This document shows, piece after piece, positions 59,001-64,000 of a DNA stretch of 64,000 nt (position 1 is the stretch's first letter; the number at the start of each line of letters is the position of its first letter). The notes beneath the pieces were generated by a model. It saw only the letters and a program-made list of their open reading frames with translations, did not search any database and was not told where the DNA came from. Made by a program: the position numbers and the translations under genes. Origin of the DNA: Candidatus Latescibacterota bacterium (GTDB lineage: Bacteria > Latescibacterota > UBA2968 > GCA-2709665); contig OZ220733.1 of assembly GCA_965116875.1 (NCBI GenBank), positions 4,480,001 to 4,544,000 on the forward strand, in the 5' to 3' direction.

Positions 59001-59282
59001 TCCGCCCTGGTCCTCCCCGGCCATGCGGATGGTGCGGGCAACCCGCTGCATCACCTGTCGCACGGAAGTTTCGTGTCCGGTATCGGGCACACCCCGTTTT
59101 CGGAAGTATTTCGATACAACGATATCCGTTGCCAGTTGGGACCACTCGGCCGGGACTTCGGCGTGGTCCATGCGAAAGACTTCTGATCCGTCGGGGTTGG
59201 TGATTACGGAAGTTTTCTCTACGTATTCGACCTGATCCAACGGATTCCGGCCGGGAGTCGTCTGCCTGCGTTCAAGCTTCAT
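56022..59282 (-). CDS. nrdJ: Class II (adenosylcobalamin-dependent) ribonucleotide reductase
   Basis: FNSPVWFN, QCSAC, GGTTRRAAKM, NPCSE, APTGTI, YRDGSK; C-terminal TSCPD-like domain and CxxC...CxxC. ATG 59282 after GGAGG. Confidence 0.96.
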   Translation of the reverse strand: MKLERRQTTPGRNPLDQVEYVEKTSVITNPDGSEVFRMDHAEVPAEWSQLATDIVVSKYFRKRGVPDTGHETSVRQVMQRVARTIRMAGEDQGGYFDSPEDADTFEAELAFHLVHQMGAFNSPVWFNCGLYHEYGIRGSGGNWHWDRECVSETEDSYSHPQCSACYIQSVQDDTMDIFELLKSEVRLFKYGSGTGTNFSRIRGRMEKLSGGGVSSGLMSFLEVLDRGAGAIKSGGTTRRAAKMVCLDMDHPEILDFINWKVKEEKKVAALMAAGYSSDFNGEAYQTVSGQNSNNSVRVTDAFMQACKEDGEWHTRLRTTGEVHETHKARDLMRQIAEAAWACADPGMQYDTTINHWHTCAGTDRIYGSNPCSEFMFLDDTACNLASINLMKFLNEDGAFDVDGFRYACKIFFIAQEILVDFASYPTRKIARNSHDYRPLGLGYANLGTLLMVQGLPYDSEGARAICAAITAVMCGQAYATSARMAADKGPFPGFDKNRGPMLNVMNMHRDAAHSIDARACPRDLLRAAQEDWDQAVELGEKYGYRNAQATVIAPTGTIGLLMDCDTTGIEPDFALVKFKKLAGGGYFKIVNHAVPKALERLGYSSDEITDILTYLSGRLSLKGAPHINVESLKAKGFSPADLAKAEGALPGVLELEFAFTPWILGDGLMGRLGFSAEQYGAPGFNLLSELGFTGSQIDEANEYICGRMTVEGAPHLKDEHLPIFDCANKCGKHGRRFIAPMAHLGMMSAAQKFICGAISKTVNVPNETTAGEIEGLYIKGWELGLKAVAIYRDGSKLSQPLSTATKSDAEAETAEAEESPEQSAEVGHVTSAPAPVTLASRPTRRRLPKKRSGFTQEARVANQKVFLRTGEYEDGTLGEIFIDMSKEGAPFRAMLDCFAIAVSKGLQHGVPLEEFVDRFTFTRFDPWGTVDHPNIKFATSVVDYIFRVLGYEYLGRTDFLQVKPEDIASDINDHHDLENEMISLSAQSSEVPGTRADSPGASPPADPAPKANPASNGTASAESQETASNGSSSQTEAHAHPHTVVLDGQLSQMMGDAPFCDTCGHITVRNGSCYRCLNCGNSVGCS

Positions 59283-59427
59283 ATGAGGGCTTCCTCCGGA
59301 AATCTGGAATCGATTTGAAATTGAAACGGCAAGGCAAAGAGGAACAGCCTGGTAAACTTGATTCGTGCCGCAAAAATCCTGCGCCGCCTGTTCGGGCGGG
59401 ACCAAAGTCAGTCCAATTGCAGATCTT

Positions 59428-59590
59428 GAAGTTGTTTCAGAATTCCCGGTGAGCTCCCCGGCGCGAGCGAAAAGGTGGCGGTCATGGCGGGAGAATCCGC
59501 CTCTATCAATTGATCAGGGCGGGTTTGACCAGGGCCGACCGGCGATTTTATAGCCGCGCGAAGACCCACAGGGGATTTTAAAACAGCTTC
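59428..59590. mobile_element. MITE, GAAGTTGT-family copy A (163 bp)
   Basis: 24-bp terminal inverted repeats GAAGTTGTTTCAGAATTCCCGGTG / CACAGGGGATTTTAAAACAGCTTC (19/24); homologous to 52042-52155. Confidence 0.78.
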
Positions 59591-59654
59591 CTGAGACGCA
59601 ACTGAAGGGGAAAGGCGCGTCCGGTGACTACAGCGAGAAGGGAGTGAATCCGGT

Positions 59655-60119
59655 TCAGCCGCCTGCTTGAGGGGAAGCGAGTTGCCGAAGTTCCTTTTCA
59701 AAGTCACTCAGGTCTTTGAACTGCCTGTAGACCGATGCGAAACGGACATAGGCGACCTGGTCGAGGTCTTTCAGTTCATTAATTACCAGTTCGCCGATAT
59801 CGTTGGCCTCAACTTCACGTTCGCCGGTGCCGCTCAGCCTGGCTTCGATACGGTCCGCGATTTCTTCGAGCCGGTCCATTGAAATGGGTCGTTTGTTACA
59901 CGCGAGATGAAGCTTTGAAAAGAGCTTGTTTTTGTCGAACGGTTCGCGTCGACCATCGGACTTGACGACCATCAGCGGCGTGTCTTCGATGGATTCGTAG
60001 GTCGTAAACCTCCGACCGCAATTCAGACATTCCCGGCGTCTGCGAATGGCCGTTGACTCTTTGCTGGACCTGGAGTCTACGACCTTGTCCTCCACTGTTC
60101 CACAGTAGGGACATCTCAT
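59655..60119 (-). CDS. nrdR: NrdR repressor
   Basis: MRCPYC...VVDSR...IRRRRECLNCGRRFTTYE, ATP cone, VAYVRFASVY. Confidence 0.97.
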   Translation of the reverse strand: MRCPYCGTVEDKVVDSRSSKESTAIRRRRECLNCGRRFTTYESIEDTPLMVVKSDGRREPFDKNKLFSKLHLACNKRPISMDRLEEIADRIEARLSGTGEREVEANDIGELVINELKDLDQVAYVRFASVYRQFKDLSDFEKELRQLASPQAGG

Positions 60120-60183
60120 GTGAGTTCTCCCGTAACCTCACGGAGAGCGGGGATAAGGACAGATATAGGGTCCTCAGGTTAAA

Positions 60184-60230
60184 GGACCCTATATTGTGGG
60201 GTATTGCTATTATAATACCAAATATAGAGT
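60184..60230. promoter_or_regulatory. Tandem NrdR boxes (60184-60199 and 60215-60230)
   Basis: GGACCCTATATTGTGG and ATACCAAATATAGAGT resemble acaCwAtATaTwGtg and are 31 bp apart. Confidence 0.72.
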
Positions 60231-60238
60231 TTTGTCAA
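60209..60238 (-). promoter_or_regulatory. Sigma70 promoter of nrdR-nrdJ
   Basis: Minus strand TTGACA-N18-TATAAT. Confidence 0.8.
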
Positions 60239-60538
60239 GTGAAAATTTCAAATTTCCAATCGATCAAATTCACGGTGAATCCTGTACATGAAACGGGATG
60301 TCGCAGTAAGGATATTCAGATGAAGTTCATGAACGCCGGCACCCTGATTCGAACGTCACGGGGTTGACAGAACGGTCGCCGACAGCCGGATTCATGCAAG
60401 GCGAAATCTACCTTAACACACATAAAAACAACTCTGTTTCCGTCGTCCTTTGCCGGTGTCGAATCACATCAGTATCGCAAAGCGAGGCGTCCACGACGAG
60501 CGCGAACCGTCCCGTTTATACACCGTTGCATGTCTACT

Positions 60539-62941
60539 TCAGGGCGAAGTCACGTCCAGGTTCCGATCCCGGAAAGTCAGCCGTGTGCCGGACACGGTCG
60601 AGTGCGAGAGGTAGGTGCCGTCGGAGTCGGTCCTGATTACAGCGCAGATTGCATCGGTGGCAAGTCCGCCTGCCCCGAACGTCCTGTGTGTTCCGTCCGT
60701 AATGACGATGTGATCCACGCCGCCGGCGCGTTCCACGATCAGGTACGCGGTGCCGCCCGGTCCGTGGTTTTCGCCGCGACGAACCCGCACACCGGGAAGC
60801 GGCATGCTCCGGAAGGGGTAGAGCAGCACGGCGAGGTCGTCCACGAGGCCGTCGCCGGAAGTCGTCACGTCAAGGGAAGCCCACCGGATGAGTTGTCGTG
60901 CGGGCCTCCGGCCCGGGATGCCCCCGAGATGCGCCATTCCCGTGCCCAGGCGAACGGACGGCGCATCGGGCGTGGCCACGAGCAAACCCGGCGCTTCCGT
61001 GGAAAACACCGCCGTTCCGCCTCGCTGAAGCGGCGTGGGAGAATGAAGGTAGAACGAAGCTCTTCTTCCGCCTTCGGCCGAGGAGAAGGCATCGAATACC
61101 AGAAAGTAGGGATCGGTCCCGGTTGCCGGCTCAGCGGGCTTCAGGAAGAGAACGTGGCGACGATGGATGACGCCCCGTGATCGATAGCCTTCGTGCTCCG
61201 CTGAAAAGTAGTCCATTCCGGCCTGACTGCTCCAGACGGGTTGCTCGCCCACTGCGATCCGACGATCCAGGTTCCGGTCGTCTATCACGAGCATGTTGTG
61301 CGCTTTGGAGCTTGTGTACCAGGACCGGTGTAGCGGATCGTCGTAGCTGACGCCGAGCCCGGCGTCGACGGCCAGTGCCGCGCCGTAAGCAAACAGTTCA
61401 AAACTGAGAATGTCGTAGTGGTAATGCCCGCCGGCCCAGTCGCCGTAATTGATAACCAGATATGGGCTTTCCCGCGTCCAGTTCAGTCGCATCACGGCGA
61501 AACCGGACGGACGGAAATCGATTGACGTGCCGGAAGGCGGTTCGGCATCGTCGTCAATGTCGGCCCCCAGCAGGTTTCTGGCCACCCACAACAGGTCCGG
61601 CCGATCGAAGATGCGCCCGCCATCGACAAAGACGTCCCTGTCGAACCGCGCCCGGCCGCCGTCGTTGACCGCGGGCTGGGTGCCCAGGGGGCTGATCAGG
61701 TACATCCAGTGATTCAGGGTCCGTTCGAGGGGTGGGCGCAGGGCCGCCGCCCGGTCTTCATGACCGCCGAACTTCCCCAGAAGGTGGGCGAGATTCCTCG
61801 GATCGCGATAAACGACATTGGAGTAGCTCGACGGGCAACGCTCGGAATGGCAGCCGTCTTCGTAGAAGTCCTTTGCCAGATGTTCTTCAATCCTGTTGAC
61901 GCCAAGTGAGACCCAGCGCCCGGCTTCCCTGAACTCGGCGAAGTTGAGGCCCAGTTCGGCCAGGGCGTAGGAGCCCATCACCTGCCAGTTGCCCGAACGG
62001 TACCCCTGCTTCTGCAATTCGAACAACCAGCGTGCCGATCCCAGGAAGTTCTTCAGGATCCGTTCGTGGGTCGTTACGGCGAGCCTTCCGCGGTTCAGAC
62101 GATAAAACTCCAGAAAAACGCGGTTCCGGCGGGCGCCGAGTCCAAGTTCATACCAGATCGGGTGTTTGTCCGGGTCGGCGCCCACGACGTCGTCACGCTG
62201 TACGTACCACTGGTTGAAGAGTTCGTCGAAGGCGTCCAGATACTTCGTGTCCCTCGTGCCCAGGTATGCCCAGAGCAGGGGCTGGGACCATTCCCAATAG
62301 TGGAATCCGTATTTTCCGCCGCGACCGTAATCCGCATTGAAGTCCACGACCGGCCCGTGCTGGATGTTGACGCCACCCCATCCGGTAATATTGTGGGCGG
62401 CCACGCGGTCAGCCACCGCGGTATACGATTTCGTACTGAAGTACCGAAAGGCAGCTTCCACGGTGTAATAGGGGACGCCGGCGTTAATATAGGCGTATCC
62501 CGGTCGTGTGTCCCAGTACCTGCCCCACGCCCTGTAAGCCTCGGTGTAATCTCTCCGGTCAACGGCGCGCTTCACGTCCTCCAGCCCGGCACGGTTCAGA
62601 TCCATCGCCGCAAAGAGATCCGGATCGCTGATGTGCTTGATCTGCCTGTCGAGGTAGACGGGATCTTCACGGAGGTCGGTATTCGACTCGCCGAACGCCG
62701 TCGCAAACAGAACGAAGTCACTGAAACCGACCCGCCCGTCGGCATCCAGATCGAAAAGGTCGTCGAAGGCGTCATCGGACCGGGACGTACCGAAGTTCCG
62801 GACGAAGGCGACGAAATCTTCGAAGCCCACGTGGCCGTCGCCGGTGAAGTCCGCGGACACATTCGAATTGGCGCCGGCATGCATCAGCAGGGCCGCCGCG
62901 AGCGGGCTCAGCCACATCCAATGCGCGATTTTTCCGGTCAT
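60539..62941 (-). CDS. Secreted heparinase II/III-family polysaccharide lyase with N-terminal EF-hand/dockerin-like pair
   Basis: Signal peptide; DFTGDGHVGFEDF and DLDADGRVGFSDF; GNWQ, DGCHSE...Y, SGFAVMR, GGHYHYD.LSFEL, AHNMLVID. Confidence 0.85.
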   Translation of the reverse strand: MTGKIAHWMWLSPLAAALLMHAGANSNVSADFTGDGHVGFEDFVAFVRNFGTSRSDDAFDDLFDLDADGRVGFSDFVLFATAFGESNTDLREDPVYLDRQIKHISDPDLFAAMDLNRAGLEDVKRAVDRRDYTEAYRAWGRYWDTRPGYAYINAGVPYYTVEAAFRYFSTKSYTAVADRVAAHNITGWGGVNIQHGPVVDFNADYGRGGKYGFHYWEWSQPLLWAYLGTRDTKYLDAFDELFNQWYVQRDDVVGADPDKHPIWYELGLGARRNRVFLEFYRLNRGRLAVTTHERILKNFLGSARWLFELQKQGYRSGNWQVMGSYALAELGLNFAEFREAGRWVSLGVNRIEEHLAKDFYEDGCHSERCPSSYSNVVYRDPRNLAHLLGKFGGHEDRAAALRPPLERTLNHWMYLISPLGTQPAVNDGGRARFDRDVFVDGGRIFDRPDLLWVARNLLGADIDDDAEPPSGTSIDFRPSGFAVMRLNWTRESPYLVINYGDWAGGHYHYDILSFELFAYGAALAVDAGLGVSYDDPLHRSWYTSSKAHNMLVIDDRNLDRRIAVGEQPVWSSQAGMDYFSAEHEGYRSRGVIHRRHVLFLKPAEPATGTDPYFLVFDAFSSAEGGRRASFYLHSPTPLQRGGTAVFSTEAPGLLVATPDAPSVRLGTGMAHLGGIPGRRPARQLIRWASLDVTTSGDGLVDDLAVLLYPFRSMPLPGVRVRRGENHGPGGTAYLIVERAGGVDHIVITDGTHRTFGAGGLATDAICAVIRTDSDGTYLSHSTVSGTRLTFRDRNLDVTSP
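60540..61234. repeat. About 695-bp near-identical direct repeat (second copy 63094-63788, offset 2554)
   Basis: About 15 mismatches by manual count; identity falls sharply beyond 61234/63788. Confidence 0.9.
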
Positions 62942-63092
62942 CGGAATTTCCGAAAGTCGTTGCGATGGAGAATCCGGGCCGTCTGAGCGGATCGTTGGAA
63001 GTTTCGGCTCTACGTCGATCGAATGGCAACCGCTCGAGGCAATGCCCGTCGTCGTCACGTTTTCCCGGTATCGGAAACGGTCAGGGTTCGCC

Positions 63093-64000
63093 TCAAGGCG
63101 ACGTCACGTCCAGGTTTTGATCCCGGAAAGTCAGCCGTGTGCCGGACACGGTCGAGTGCGTGAGGTAGGCGCCGTCGGAGTCGGTCCTGATTACAGCGCA
63201 GATTGCATCGGTGGTAAGTCCGCCTGCCCCGAACGTCCTGTGTGTTCCGTCCGTAATGACGATGTGATCCACGCCGCCGGCGTGTTCCACGATCAGGTAC
63301 GCGGTGCCGCCCGGTCCGTGGTTTTCACCGCGACGAACCCGCACACCGGGAAGCGGCATGCTCCGGAAGGGGTAGAGCAGCACGGCGAGGTCATCCACGA
63401 GGCCGTCGCCGGAAGTCGTCACGTCAAGGGAAGCCCACCGGATGAGTTGTCGTGCGGGCCTCCGGCCCGGGATGCCCCCGAGATGCGCCATTCCCGTGCC
63501 CAGGCGAACGGACGGCGCATCGGGCGTGGCCACGAGCAAACCCGGCGCTTCCGTGGAAAACACCGCCGTTCCGCCTCGCTGAAGCGGCGTGGGAGAATGA
63601 AGGTAAAACGAAGCTCTTCTTCCGCCTTCCGCCGAGGAGAAGGCATCGAATACCAGAAAGTAGGGATCGGTCCCGGTTGCCGGCTCAGCGGGCTTCAGGA
63701 AGAGAACGTGGCGACGATGGATGACGCCGCGTGATCGATAACCTTCGTGCTCCGCTGAAAAGTAGTCCATTCCGGCCTGGCTGCTCCATATCGGATTCAG
63801 GCCAACGGCAATCCTGCGGTCCAGGTTCGCATCGTCAATCACCAGCATATTGTGCGCCCTGGACGTCTTGTACCACGGTCCGTGGAGCGGGTCGTCGTAA
63901 CTGACGCCGATGCCGGCGTCCACGGCCAGCGCATCGCCATAGGCGAAAAGCTCGAAACTGAGGACGTCGGGGTGCGAATGCCCTCCGCCGTACTCGCCGT
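63093..64000 (-). CDS. Heparinase II/III-family paralogue, 5' part outside window
   Basis: Frame open to the window edge (GGHSHPDVLSFELFAYG...AHNMLVID); C-terminus nearly identical to that of 60539-62941. Confidence 0.85.
   Translation of the reverse strand, partial: GEYGGGHSHPDVLSFELFAYGDALAVDAGIGVSYDDPLHGPWYKTSRAHNMLVIDDANLDRRIAVGLNPIWSSQAGMDYFSAEHEGYRSRGVIHRRHVLFLKPAEPATGTDPYFLVFDAFSSAEGGRRASFYLHSPTPLQRGGTAVFSTEAPGLLVATPDAPSVRLGTGMAHLGGIPGRRPARQLIRWASLDVTTSGDGLVDDLAVLLYPFRSMPLPGVRVRRGENHGPGGTAYLIVEHAGGVDHIVITDGTHRTFGAGGLTTDAICAVIRTDSDGAYLTHSTVSGTRLTFRDQNLDVTSP

Noticed and set aside
56022-59282. Intein in NrdJ
   Set aside because: No C/S…HN-C/S/T splice junctions or LAGLIDADG motifs seen; the length fits a class II RNR with a C-terminal domain and low-complexity linkers.
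59283-59654. Cobalamin riboswitch or other structured leader upstream of nrdJ
   Set aside because: No B12-box consensus was recognised; much of the gap is explained by the MITE at 59428-59590. An Rfam scan would settle it.
60540-63788. Diversity-generating retroelement (template and variable repeat pair)
   Set aside because: Mismatches are not confined to adenines on either strand, both copies are coding, the repeat is about 700 bp, and no reverse transcriptase is in the window.

Overview
GC-rich bacterial chromosomal window. A SprA/Sov homologue, LptFG and an EF-hand/dockerin-like heparinase II/III protein suggest a diderm of the FCB superphylum, possibly Latescibacterota-like; this placement is inference. 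In order, the window holds: aspC and a small catabolic run; a phosphoglucomutase; a decaying toxin-antitoxin patch (MITE-split MNT relic, hicB, truncated hicA, intact MNT-HEPN); DUF2953/YtfJ; an ATP-grasp ligase; an extended SUF cluster (sufBCDSUT-rrf2-orphan nuoB-nfuA-radical SAM) divergent from an 11-gene complex I operon with no nuoEFG; a PqqD-family pair; lexA; sprA-comEA-pilM-like-coaD-obgE-dprA; lptFG; M23, HD and Nth genes; two tRNAs; a tetraheme cytochrome; nrdR-nrdJ; and two tandem heparinase II/III paralogues. The main result is two in-frame UGA codons, each followed by a SECIS-like hairpin, that the ORF track missed. One gives a CUAEP-tail radical SAM selenoprotein (a known family). 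The other gives a signal-peptide-bearing outer-membrane beta-barrel with a candidate selenocysteine six residues into the mature chain, upstream of a beta-propeller lipoprotein; I do not recognise this as a described selenoprotein system. Also found: two MITE families, NrdR, LexA and Rrf2 operator candidates, a sigma54 promoter for dprA, and a gene-conversion tract. All family assignments come from motif recognition by eye, not database searches.
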